Shown: piece after piece, positions 30,095 to 40,006 of the stretch
Numbering within the stretch: position 1 is the stretch's first letter
How the letters are laid out: each line of letters begins with the position of its first letter
Assembly: GCA_963770935.1 (NCBI GenBank)
Contig: CAVYRJ010000004.1
Span: forward strand, 64,001-128,000
Reading direction: 5' to 3'
Length of the DNA: 64,000 bases
DNA from: Candidatus Bathyarchaeota archaeon
GTDB taxonomy: Archaea; Thermoproteota; Bathyarchaeia; Bathyarchaeales; Bathycorpusculaceae
Position numbers and translations under genes: made by a program
Notes under the pieces: generated by a model
The model's database searches: none
The model's input: only the letters and a program-made list of their open reading frames with translations
What the model was told of the DNA's origin: nothing

Positions 30095-31612
30095 TTGATA
30101 GTTTTTAGGGCAGACGCTAGCCCTCAAATTGGCACTGGTCATATTATGCGTTGTCTAGCGCTCGGGCAAATTTTTCGAAAGGTCGGTGAAGGTTCAGTTT
30201 TTGTAATGTGCCAGATTACTCCGTCTATAAGGGTTCGTCTTGAATCAGAAGGTTTCGGGATAAAAGTGTTAAATTGCATTCCAGGAAGCGCTGATGATGT
30301 TGAACAGACACTACTGGTGTTAAAGGATGTATCGGCTTCGTGGATAGTATTAGATGGATACAATTTTAACGCGGCGTACCAACTTACAATTAAGGATTCG
30401 GGTAAAAAACTATTGTTTATTGACGATAATGGTTGTGTAAGCCATTATTACGCCGACGTTGTACTTAACCAGAATATCCACGCCTCTGAAAAACTCTATT
30501 CAAAAAGAGAACCTAACACTACCTTGCTATTGGGAACCCGATATGCTCTTCTTCGAGAAGAATTTTTGTCATGGCAAGGATGGAAACGACAGATTCCTGC
30601 ATTAGCTCAAAATATATTGGTGACTCTTGGCGGTTCTGATCCTGAGAATGTTACGAAAAAAATTTATGATGCAATCATTCAACTGGAATTTAATCAACTA
30701 AACGTCATAATTGTTGCAGCAAATAACCAGTATTCTGACCAAATGAAGTTTTTGATTGAAAAATCCAAAGTCAATATATCGCTCAAGAGTAACGTTGAGA
30801 AAATGTCTGATTTAATGGCTTGGGCTGATATTGCTATATCGGCGGGAGGGACTTCAACTTGGGAATTAGCTTTCATGGGTGTGCCAATGATTACCATAGC
30901 AATTGCGGATAATCAATGTCACATAGTTGAAGAACTGAGCAAAGATCGAGTTGCTGTGAATGCTGGTTGGCATAAAGATATAACGCCCTCAATGATCGCC
31001 GAAAAAATTTCTGAGCTGATTTGTGATCCCAAAAAAAGAAGTGAAATGTCGCAGCGGTCTCAAGCTCTTGTAGATGGAAATGGCGCCGATCGAGTTCTTA
31101 AGGCACTGAGGAGCGTTTCGTCATCGAAGACAATAGACAGTTTGCAGTTAAGAAGAGTTCAGGAGGGCGATGAGGATTTTTTATGGCGTCTGGCAAATGA
31201 CCCCGATGTTCGTTCTGCTTCTTTTTCCACAAAGATGATCCCATGGGAAGATCATATTAGATGGTTTAGAAAACAGTTAAACGATCCATCTTGCATTTTT
31301 TTTATTGCAACATGTGAAAATATACCCGTAGGTCAAGTTCGATTTGAAATGAAAGATGAAGAAGCGACAATATCAATCAGTGTTAAAAGAGAGTACCGCA
31401 AAAAGAACTTTGGAAGTAATATAATCAGGATTTCAACGCAGAAAATTTTCGATTCAACTAAGACAAAAAAAGTTCATGGCTACGTAAAGATAGATAATAC
31501 AGCATCTGTTTTAGCCTTTCAAAAAGCTAATTATAAAAATTTAGGACGATGTAATATTAAGGATTATAACTCGTTTCATTTAGTGAAAGAGAGAGAAGAA
31601 ATCAATGACTAA
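30095..31612 (+). CDS. pseG: PseG UDP-sugar hydrolase fused to C-terminal GNAT acetyltransferase (PseH-like)
   Basis: FRADASPQIGTGHIMRCLAL, LVTLGGSDP, ISAGGTSTWEL, VDGNGADRV, then GNAT domain ANDPDVR...IPWEDHIRWF...VGQVRF. Confidence 0.9.
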   Translation: MIVFRADASPQIGTGHIMRCLALGQIFRKVGEGSVFVMCQITPSIRVRLESEGFGIKVLNCIPGSADDVEQTLLVLKDVSASWIVLDGYNFNAAYQLTIKDSGKKLLFIDDNGCVSHYYADVVLNQNIHASEKLYSKREPNTTLLLGTRYALLREEFLSWQGWKRQIPALAQNILVTLGGSDPENVTKKIYDAIIQLEFNQLNVIIVAANNQYSDQMKFLIEKSKVNISLKSNVEKMSDLMAWADIAISAGGTSTWELAFMGVPMITIAIADNQCHIVEELSKDRVAVNAGWHKDITPSMIAEKISELICDPKKRSEMSQRSQALVDGNGADRVLKALRSVSSSKTIDSLQLRRVQEGDEDFLWRLANDPDVRSASFSTKMIPWEDHIRWFRKQLNDPSCIFFIATCENIPVGQVRFEMKDEEATISISVKREYRKKNFGSNIIRISTQKIFDSTKTKKVHGYVKIDNTASVLAFQKANYKNLGRCNIKDYNSFHLVKEREEIND

Positions 31613-32657
31613 TTACATACACATCGGAAAACGTATTATTGGCACCGGTCGACCAGTTTACATTGTGGCTGAATTATCAGCTAATCATAATCAAGACTTT
31701 GATCAAGCGGTGAAGTTGATTCATGCAGCCAAAGAAGCAGGAGTTGATGCCGTCAAAGTTCAAACGTTTACAGCCGATACTATGACTTTGAAGTCTGACA
31801 AAGAATATTTTAAAATAAAGGAAGGCACCCCGTGGAGTGGAAGAACTCTCTATGATCTCTATCGAGAAGCAAGCATGCCTTGGGAATGGCAGCCAAAACT
31901 CAAAATAATTGCTAACGATTTAGGATTAGATTTTTTCTCAACATCGTTTGATATTTCATCGCTCGATTTTTTGGAAGACATGAATGTTCCCATTCACAAA
32001 GTTGCATCATTTGAATTAGTGGATATTCCATTGATTAAAGCAATAGCAAAGACAAAAAAGCCACTTTTTATTTCAACTGGAATGGCGACTTTGGAAGAGA
32101 TATCTGAAGCTGTTTTAGCTGCAAAGGAGGTGGGCGCTACCGAAATTGTTTTGCTAAAGTGCACTAGTTCCTATCCGGCTTGTTCTAATGAAATGAATTT
32201 GCGTGCTATTCCGTACCTTGCAAAGACGTTTGATGTTCCAGTTGGTCTTTCGGATCACTCGTTGAATCCAGAAGTTTCTGTTGCCTCTATTGCACTTGGA
32301 GCTTGCATTATTGAAAAACATTTGACTCTGTCCAGGGATATTCCTGGTCCAGATAGCGGATTTTCGTTAGAACCTGCTGAGTTTAAGCAACTTGTTGAAA
32401 ACCTTCGAGTAGTTGAGAGTTCTCTTGGTTCAGAAGTATGTTGTACTCAGGATTGTGAAAAATCCAGTAGAGCTTTTCGTCGATCCATTTTTGTTGTTAA
32501 AGACATGAAAGCTGGCGATTTTTTCACTCCAGAGAATATACGTTCAATTAGACCTGCATATGGTCTTTCACCGAAGTATCTAAAGGACTGTTTAGGCAAA
32601 CGCGCTGCCAAGGATATTGACATGGGGACTCCCTTAAGTTTGGATTTGGTTTCTTAA
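31605..32657 (+). CDS. pseI: Pseudaminic acid synthase (NeuB family with SAF domain)
   Basis: IVAELSANHNQ, VKVQTFTADTMT, KVASFELVD, LLKCTSSYP, GLSDHS, IIEKHLTL, SIRPAYGL. Confidence 0.93.
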   Translation: MTNYIHIGKRIIGTGRPVYIVAELSANHNQDFDQAVKLIHAAKEAGVDAVKVQTFTADTMTLKSDKEYFKIKEGTPWSGRTLYDLYREASMPWEWQPKLKIIANDLGLDFFSTSFDISSLDFLEDMNVPIHKVASFELVDIPLIKAIAKTKKPLFISTGMATLEEISEAVLAAKEVGATEIVLLKCTSSYPACSNEMNLRAIPYLAKTFDVPVGLSDHSLNPEVSVASIALGACIIEKHLTLSRDIPGPDSGFSLEPAEFKQLVENLRVVESSLGSEVCCTQDCEKSSRAFRRSIFVVKDMKAGDFFTPENIRSIRPAYGLSPKYLKDCLGKRAAKDIDMGTPLSLDLVS

Positions 32658-32706
32658 ATTAGAAATAGAAATTACGGCCTTTGGTAAACGCGCTTCTTGT
32701 ATGCGA

Positions 32707-33753
32707 CTATTTAAATCGGCAAATGGCTTTCAGTTTTTTGTAGCCGTATTGTCTCTTGTCAATATAGTAGAAGATCAACCCCAAAGAAAAAGTCGTGACT
32801 AAATTGGCAGTAACATAAACCATTCCCATTAGGGTAGGGGAGGTACTTGTAAATAAGAAAAATCCGTTCAACCCTACACCGAAATATATCAGTTGCACTA
32901 AGAATATGTGATAAGAGGCTTTTCCTATTACGTTAATTTTTCTTCCGACATTCGAAAGCCCACCAAAAAGAGGGTGGACTAACAAAATTATCGCAACTAT
33001 GAAAGAGGAGTAAAAGAAAGAAAATAAGTTTTGAGTCTCCCATTCAGGCCTGAAAAAAGGAGTAGGCTGCCTCATGAAGACTAAAATGTAAACAAATGAG
33101 GCTGTCGCCAGAACTGTCAAGACAATGAATCCCTTGGTTTTATAAAAAGCAGTTTTTGTGCGAAGTGCAGCAGATAAATAGATTCCCAATCCAAACGCAG
33201 CTAGATATCTTAATGAGCTAATGTAGTAAATCCAATATGATAGCATGGGTGCAATTAGTTCGAAACATAAATCTATTCCAAATAGAGTTGCTAATGTCAA
33301 ATTGGGATTCTTTTGGTAGCAATAAAAAATGATTGGGGCGATTAGCATTATTTGAATTAGTAGCGATGTGTAGTAACTGCCGGGTCCTCCTGAAGGCAAT
33401 TGAAATGTTAATATCCTTATTAGTCCCTGCGTTGTTATCGCAAAATTAACGGATATAATATAGACAATATCTATAATGTAAACGACCAAGAAAGGTACTA
33501 TTAAGCGCCTTATCTTCTGTTTAAAATAAACGGGAGTGTATGAATCTTTGAGTGAATGTTTAGTTATTTTGGTGTATGAAAGGTACCAGAGGATTCCGCT
33601 GACCATTATAAAGACAGGGATTGCTTGTGAAATATGAAATGGTGAGTAAATGTCCAAAAGAATGTATGCTGGTAAGCTATGTAGTAAAATGACTGCTGTA
33701 ATAGCTATCGTTTTAATGAAGTCAATCTGATGAAAATATGAGGGGTTATTCAT
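32707..33753 (-). CDS. Membrane O-acyltransferase, Acyl_transf_3 (OafA-like)
   Basis: IDFIKTIAITAVILLH, AIPVFIMVSG, KIRRLIVPF, IGKASYHIFLVQ. About 10 TM. Confidence 0.85.
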   Translation of the reverse strand: MNNPSYFHQIDFIKTIAITAVILLHSLPAYILLDIYSPFHISQAIPVFIMVSGILWYLSYTKITKHSLKDSYTPVYFKQKIRRLIVPFLVVYIIDIVYIISVNFAITTQGLIRILTFQLPSGGPGSYYTSLLIQIMLIAPIIFYCYQKNPNLTLATLFGIDLCFELIAPMLSYWIYYISSLRYLAAFGLGIYLSAALRTKTAFYKTKGFIVLTVLATASFVYILVFMRQPTPFFRPEWETQNLFSFFYSSFIVAIILLVHPLFGGLSNVGRKINVIGKASYHIFLVQLIYFGVGLNGFFLFTSTSPTLMGMVYVTANLVTTFSLGLIFYYIDKRQYGYKKLKAICRFK

Positions 33754-34031
33754 AGTGTAGATTTCTTTTATTTGATTTTATTGTTTTGATGTTCTATAGC
33801 TCCTGATCTATTTAATATTCGTGTATTTGAAACAATTTCAAAATATAAAATCTGTTCTTTGTAAATAAATACCTAAAAGGGCTTTTTTTTGCTTAAATAT
33901 ATAAGTTGCTCATTCAATACACAAACAATGTTTGAATGGTACTAGAATAATATGAAGGAACAATTGCAATTGATTAGATCACATTTGGGCGCTCTCTGGT
34001 GTCAGTTCAGCGAGAATAGGTTTACGGTGTA

Positions 34032-36148
34032 ATGATGATGTGGTGGGATTGGACTGAGATTACCTTATTCGAGTCTGTTCTATTTTCAATTCTAAGTATA
34101 TTTATCTTGTACTTGGTCGGTTTTGGTGTTTTGAGCCTATTTTGTTCTTTGAGTAAAAAGAACGATCCATTTGATGCTCTCGATTTTTTCCAAAAAACTA
34201 ATTTTAGAGTATTGTTTGGCTTCGTTTTTGTTTATCTTTTTTACTATACGTTTGCATTTCTTAATTTGGCCTTGTTTTCTACTTTGCTCATTATTTCTCT
34301 TTCCCTTATTGGCATTGGTACAATGTTTAAACACAAAAAGAAATGGTTCAAAAAACCGTCCATCATTATTTCAAACAATTATTATAATATCGCATTATTT
34401 TCAATCTTAATCGTAGTCATATTCCTTTCTTCAATGCTAATAACGGGTTTTTATGGGTCAACAATTGATGACGGGGCGGATCATACATTGATAACTAGAA
34501 TTGTTTTGGATAATCCTGTCTCGTTGTTGACGCGTTCAGGACAGCCTTTTGCTAACTTAACACTTAATTATCCATCAGGATCACATGTGCTTTCCGCTTT
34601 TTTTGTTTCTTTATTTAATGTCTCGATACAAAAAATTGTTATTTTGATTAGTGTTATTTTGCCTACCTTAATTGCTCTTGCATTTTATTCGACGATAAAA
34701 TGTTTATTCAAAAATAATACAATTTCGATGTTGGTCTTGATAGTTGCGTCTTTTTTCACAGTTGGGTTTGCTTGGTGGCCAATAAGTTGGGGTGGATTGC
34801 CTGTATTGCTGTCGTTGTATCTAGCGGTTAGTAGTATGGGTTTATTTTTTATGTTTTTGTTATCAAAGCCACTTTCTTATCTAAACTCCTTCTTGTTAGG
34901 TTTAATCCTTTTTATCTCGTCTCAAACATATCCAACTGCATTACTTGTAGAATTAATATGGCTCGCATTGATTCTAATCACGAAGTTATCAACCATGGCT
35001 TGGGATAGCCATTCATTCAAGGTTCCAATTTATTCCTTCCTTAAAGTGGAAGAATGTAACCCATGTTATTGTCTTCCTAATACCCATGCTATTTAGCGTT
35101 CCGTACTTCTATTCAATATATGCTCACAACATCGCTGGTGTCCAATTTGCTGAATTGAATCCGGCATCAAATTATTTAGCAGAAAGTGTAATCAGACGTA
35201 TAAGTTTTAATTGGTTGATTGATATTCCCTCGCTTTCATTTTTTTACTCAGAATTAGGTAAATTGTTTTCTTTGGCGTCTTTTGCAATAATTCTAATTAT
35301 TGCGTTTTCTTATCCCACGATTAGGCAAAAAAATTCGCAATATTTTTCCAGCAGGATTTGCGTTTAATTTACTGTTGGTTTATTTTTTTAGGCTAGCCAT
35401 TATGGCGTACTTAGCCATTACTCTTTTTCTTCCTGTAAATTTTCTAATTGATTTTTTCAATCCGGAGAGAGTTTGGCAGCACATATTTATTGTAGCAACA
35501 ATCATGACAACAATTGTTATTTTTTCCTCTTTACATCTCTCCTATTTATTGCTCAAACGATTATCCAAGAATGAGGAAAGATCAGTAAAGAAATTTAGCA
35601 AAAATAGACTTTTGGCAGTGGCTATATCGATATTATTGATATCGACCGCAGTTTTTCTGAGTGTACCAGTTGTAACGGAACAACAACAAACTTACAACAA
35701 AATGAAAGTCCAGCTAAATTATTATACCGTCCTTGGCCCAGATGACGTGTCACTGATGAATTGGATTAAAGATAATGTTGATTCTCAATCCCTAATTTTG
35801 ATCTCCAGAGGTGATAGTGGTCAATATTTGACGGCTGTTAGTGAGAAGCAATCATTCTGTGGTTACAACGGAATAGAAAATTATAGTGCGATAATGACAT
35901 TTCTAACTGCCAATTCCTCTGATTTGAGAGCGATTCCGTATTTGATAGACAATAAAATTTCATTTGTGTTTATAGGTTCTAAGCCCTCTACTTTTGCCCT
36001 TGATTCTGTGATTCGTAGGTCTTTTAATGCCTCGCAATTTCTCTCAACTCCTTATTTCAATCTTACTAAAGAAGTTGGGAATGCTTGGCTTTTCCAGTTT
36101 GATGCTTCCTCTGCCTTAAAGGCATACAACACTGGTCTAATTCATTGA
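34032..36148 (+). CDS. Polytopic GT-C-like membrane protein; split by two +1 indels
   Basis: Three ORFs join on removal of one A at ~35044 (LKWKNVTHVIVFLIPMLFS) and one T at ~35305 (AFLIPRLGKK). DDGADH and YPSGSH loop motifs. The C-terminal soluble domain DDVSLMNWIKDN...YLIDNKISFVFIG is typical of GT-C tails. Confidence 0.6.
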
Positions 36149-36357
36149 CAATTTAGGTGAATTGATATTCTACAACTGACAAGCTTAACCGTTCAGAAAT
36201 TAGTTACCTGAAAAGTCTACGAATCATTGCTGATGATAAATCGATAGCGCGCTAACGAAATGGAAAAAATTTCTGTGAAGGGAGGGTTGTATCTCTCTGA
36301 GAATAGTATTATCTACGGTCATATTAGCTGTGAATAATCTTTAGGTAAATAATCGTA

Positions 36358-37926
36358 TTACTCACATTGTTGGTAAAAGTGTAAATTAAGCACGTTCGTT
36401 TTATCAATTGCGAAAGATTTCGTATTATCTATAAGGGTGTTGTTTCTAACAATGATCCCGTCTCCATATAGCAGATTTATACCAATGGTGCAGTTGCTAA
36501 TTATGTTTCCTTCAATGATGATGTTTTTTGATTTAAGAGGATTTCCGTCCCAGTTGATGTGGTCAGGAACCATTATTCTGACGTATATTCCCCATTGAGA
36601 ACCAAAGACGACATTATTGGTTACATTAACGTTTTCACTTATTCCAGTAAATCTGTTGTGAACTGGGTTGCTTTCTACCTCAATTCCTCCTTCGGCGCCT
36701 TCTATACATCCAAATACTGTGTTTTGAGTTATAGTAACGTTTACGCCAGATGCAGCTGCTATTGCGTTATGTCCTGACAAAGTTTGATCGACAGTGTTAT
36801 TGGCGACTAAGACGTTGCTTGATAACCCATAAATTGCTATGGCGTTGTAAGCTCCAGCTGCCGCTGTTACATTATTACCTATGACAAACACTTTGTCGAA
36901 GGGTGCCTTGAAAGGTTCCAGAGTTCCACCCATAACCAATATGCCATATGTTCGGTTAGGAAAATTAATCAATATATTGTTCTGTATCCAGATGTCGCTT
37001 GATGAGGCCAGGGTAATTCCGCCATCAAATAGAGGTCGATTTTCGGCCAGATTTCCATCAATATGAACGTCTGTGATACCACCCATCACTCTGACGAGAT
37101 GAAAAGTTGATTGATCAATTGAACGACAATTCTTAACAATACTATGAGATCCATTGATCTGAATTGGATGAGAATTCGGTACATTAGAAAAGGTCAGATT
37201 TTGTATTTTGACGTAATTTCCCAAGGTTAATACTGCATCTTTTTCTGAAATGTCATTTTGGATAACAATGTCTTGAATGGACACATTTTGTGCACCAGCG
37301 GATACCGTAAGTGCGCTGCGGTTCCCTAATTTAGATGCATCAATTACCAGGTCTTTTATGGTAATGTTGAATGCATTTTTCTCGATATTCAAACATTTAG
37401 AATCTAAATAGAGAGTTACGTTTGGATTGGCTCCCGATAAGATGATGTTGCTGGTGATTAACAAATCCGCACTAGAAATGAAGGCGTCCGACAGAAGAGT
37501 AATTTCACCGCCAATAGGACCTAACGCATTAATGGCGGTCTGTATCGCTTCGGTTTCATTGAGCATAATAGGTGCAATTTGTATGGGTTCAATATTATTT
37601 ATGTTGTCATTAATGTTGTAAGTGGGCAAGCCCATATTATAGATAACAGGGACGACAGATTTTGAAGGGGGAATTGGTTTTGGGGTGGGTAACACAATGG
37701 TTTGTGACGGAGTATTGGATAAACTGTCGCTGTTACTAGTTGTTATGTTGGTGTTATCTGGATTTTGCTGCACTGTCCCATTAGTTAAAATTGGAGGTGT
37801 TAAAAAGGCAGATCTGCTATGCGAAGTGAAGGGTATAATACCAGTGCTAATTATAGCAACTGTTGCTATGATCGCTACAAGTTTCCACTTGTATGTAAAA
37901 GGAATTAGATACTCCTCCCTTCTCAT
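36358..37926 (-). CDS. Membrane-anchored or secreted right-handed beta-helix (pectate-lyase-like) protein
   Basis: N-terminal TM, Pro/Thr/Ser linker, AIQTAINALGPIGGEITL cap, many I-x-N-N-x-V repeats. The C-terminus may be affected by an indel near 36385. Confidence 0.8.
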   Translation of the reverse strand: MRREEYLIPFTYKWKLVAIIATVAIISTGIIPFTSHSRSAFLTPPILTNGTVQQNPDNTNITTSNSDSLSNTPSQTIVLPTPKPIPPSKSVVPVIYNMGLPTYNINDNINNIEPIQIAPIMLNETEAIQTAINALGPIGGEITLLSDAFISSADLLITSNIILSGANPNVTLYLDSKCLNIEKNAFNITIKDLVIDASKLGNRSALTVSAGAQNVSIQDIVIQNDISEKDAVLTLGNYVKIQNLTFSNVPNSHPIQINGSHSIVKNCRSIDQSTFHLVRVMGGITDVHIDGNLAENRPLFDGGITLASSSDIWIQNNILINFPNRTYGILVMGGTLEPFKAPFDKVFVIGNNVTAAAGAYNAIAIYGLSSNVLVANNTVDQTLSGHNAIAAASGVNVTITQNTVFGCIEGAEGGIEVESNPVHNRFTGISENVNVTNNVVFGSQWGIYVRIMVPDHINWDGNPLKSKNIIIEGNIISNCTIGINLLYGDGIIVRNNTLIDNTKSFAIDKTNVLNLHFYQQCE

Positions 37927-38230
37927 TATTAATTAAAAGGTTTGTGACTTTTAAAGATGAACTAATCTGATGCCTTATTGAACACTAAGGTATCCGCATC
38001 TAATTTTAAGCAGGCATTTAAATAAAAAGTAGTCAAGTCATTTATTCGATGCTAAGCAATCGATTTTTACTAATAAATATTAAAGCTTCTCAAAATCAAG
38101 AATGTAGTTTAATCGAAACATCAACTAATTCAAATTGTATATCATCAATTTGTTTGATGTTTAGACACAGGCTTATCTTGTACGTATTGAATTGAAAATT
38201 AAGTGTTGATCCTTTGACTTAAGGATTTTC

Positions 38231-39967
38231 TTACGACAAGTTTAGGGTTGCAGTCCACATGACATATTGGGGAGTCTCAACTTCAGCTCCATTGCTATAA
38301 AACATCACAACATAAAATCGAGTGGTCTCAATTTGGTAAGCCCAAGCATCAATAACACGTCCATTTCCTGTCACTGAAACATGAACGACAGGTCCCTGCG
38401 GAAAAGTGACACCGAAATCTATCCAACTGCTACTGGTAGTTAAGGTCGTTTTGGAAATCTGCATTATTCGACCTGTATTGCCAGTCCCAACATAGTTAAT
38501 TTTCACTACCCCAGCCGGGTTGATATTTCCATTTACTTCACAGCCTTCTTCCGTCGCGATTATCGTTACGGTAGCAGGAGCTCCGCTGAAATAATTATTA
38601 GTAAAGATAGTGCTAGTGGGTAGTGTTAAGGTAGTGTCGCCGCAAACGGCAAATTTGTTATCTCTGAATATGTTTCCCCAAGGTTTAGTTTCGGGCGATA
38701 GTTCTGTTCTAAACTCGATGAATGGCGCTGTTGTGTTGAGTAGCCAGGGTTCAAAGTAGCATTTAGAAAAGGTGTTGCCTTCAGGTACTAGTCCTGGGTT
38801 AGTTGTGATGAGTTGCACTTGTCCGTTGCAGTTGTTTTCAATTTCTGCGCCTTCAAAGATTTCATTTGAAGCTGAGCCCTCGATTAGAACTCCCCATTGT
38901 AGGTTTGTGACTATTGAGCCGCCATAGAATGTGTTGTGTGCAACGGTGTTATCGCCTGGATTACGTTTTATGTGAACGCCAATGTTATTGTCGTGGCTCA
39001 TCAGACTGTAAAAATTGTTGAAAATGGTAGCTCCTGAGGCGGAGGATTTGATGTATACTCCCGCGTTATAGTTTTGGATAGCCAGGTTATAGCTTACAAA
39101 TCTTGAGGTACTGCTTAATGTTAAACCGTTATTCGCGTATCCAGTACCAATTAGCTGCAAGTTGCTGATCTCTTGGTGATAACTTTCGATTGTATTAGCA
39201 ACGGTTATGCCGTGTGTAAATTGTAGGATTGTTCCTAGCCCTTCGCCAATGAGTCTAATGTTTCTGTAAGAAAGGTTAAGGGATGTGCCGATATAGGTGC
39301 CATTTTTCACAAAAACAATTCCATCTCCTTCTGCGCAAGCTGAGGAGAATACATAACTAGCATCCGTTGAATTGAAAGCTATGCTACCGTCAGTGCCGTT
39401 CTTTGCATAATAGTTATTTTCACTTTTGTAGATCAAGTAGCTGTAGGGTTGCTGCGGGTTGGTTAGGGATGTTGTGTTGCCCCAACTATTAATCAATGCC
39501 TTAATGCTTCCGTCCCAATTGGACTTGTAGGCCATTGTAGTATAAGCATCGATAATTTGTTGAACTGTCATTTTTAACTGGGTGTTTTCCCATTTTCCTG
39601 AGACTGAGTTATAATGCAAGATGTCCCCGTTGGATACGCATGCGAATGTTACATCAGTCAATTTAGCCAATGTAGATGTGGGTTGGGAGCAATTAGCATT
39701 TTGCCATCTTTCGGCTGTAGCATTCCAGATGAGCAATTGCCCATTTTTAAGGCCTAACAATTCAACATCTGCTAGGTTTGCAATTGTGTTGTTGCTGGTT
39801 ATGTAATTGGCAGGTGTGCTTTGTGCAATAGGATCCGCAGGAAGGTTGGATTGTGACTCGATCAGGAAAATGTTTCCTTGAGCATCAACAAGTAATGCAA
39901 AAGATAGAGCGCATAAGAAAAAAATAATTATGAATCGTTTAAAGTAAAAGTTTCTTTTTTCTTTCAA
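38231..39967 (-). CDS. Secreted tailspike-like beta-helix protein
   Basis: Signal-peptide-like N-terminus, two tail-fibre-type repeats, beta-helix start VFVKNGTY...IRLIGEGLGTIL, and a C-terminal IDFGVTFPQGPVVHVS...VMWTA domain. Confidence 0.7.
   Translation of the reverse strand: MKEKRNFYFKRFIIIFFLCALSFALLVDAQGNIFLIESQSNLPADPIAQSTPANYITSNNTIANLADVELLGLKNGQLLIWNATAERWQNANCSQPTSTLAKLTDVTFACVSNGDILHYNSVSGKWENTQLKMTVQQIIDAYTTMAYKSNWDGSIKALINSWGNTTSLTNPQQPYSYLIYKSENNYYAKNGTDGSIAFNSTDASYVFSSACAEGDGIVFVKNGTYIGTSLNLSYRNIRLIGEGLGTILQFTHGITVANTIESYHQEISNLQLIGTGYANNGLTLSSTSRFVSYNLAIQNYNAGVYIKSSASGATIFNNFYSLMSHDNNIGVHIKRNPGDNTVAHNTFYGGSIVTNLQWGVLIEGSASNEIFEGAEIENNCNGQVQLITTNPGLVPEGNTFSKCYFEPWLLNTTAPFIEFRTELSPETKPWGNIFRDNKFAVCGDTTLTLPTSTIFTNNYFSGAPATVTIIATEEGCEVNGNINPAGVVKINYVGTGNTGRIMQISKTTLTTSSSWIDFGVTFPQGPVVHVSVTGNGRVIDAWAYQIETTRFYVVMFYSNGAEVETPQYVMWTATLNLS
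39581..39787 (-). repeat. Two ~30-aa protein repeats (L-x-D-V...NG-x-x-L-x-[WY]N...W-x-N)
   Basis: TIANLADVELLGLKNGQLLIWNATAERWQNA versus TLAKLTDVTFACVSNGDILHYNSVSGKWENT. Confidence 0.75.
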
Positions 39968-40006
39968 TTTGGCGCCTTCTTGTAATATAGCAAATCCTGA
40001 TAGTAC

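Noticed and set aside
34032-34060. WWD at the start of the 34032 protein as an AglB WWDYG motif
   Set aside because: It lies at the extreme N-terminus (MMMWWDW), not in a C-terminal soluble domain, so no oligosaccharyltransferase call was made.
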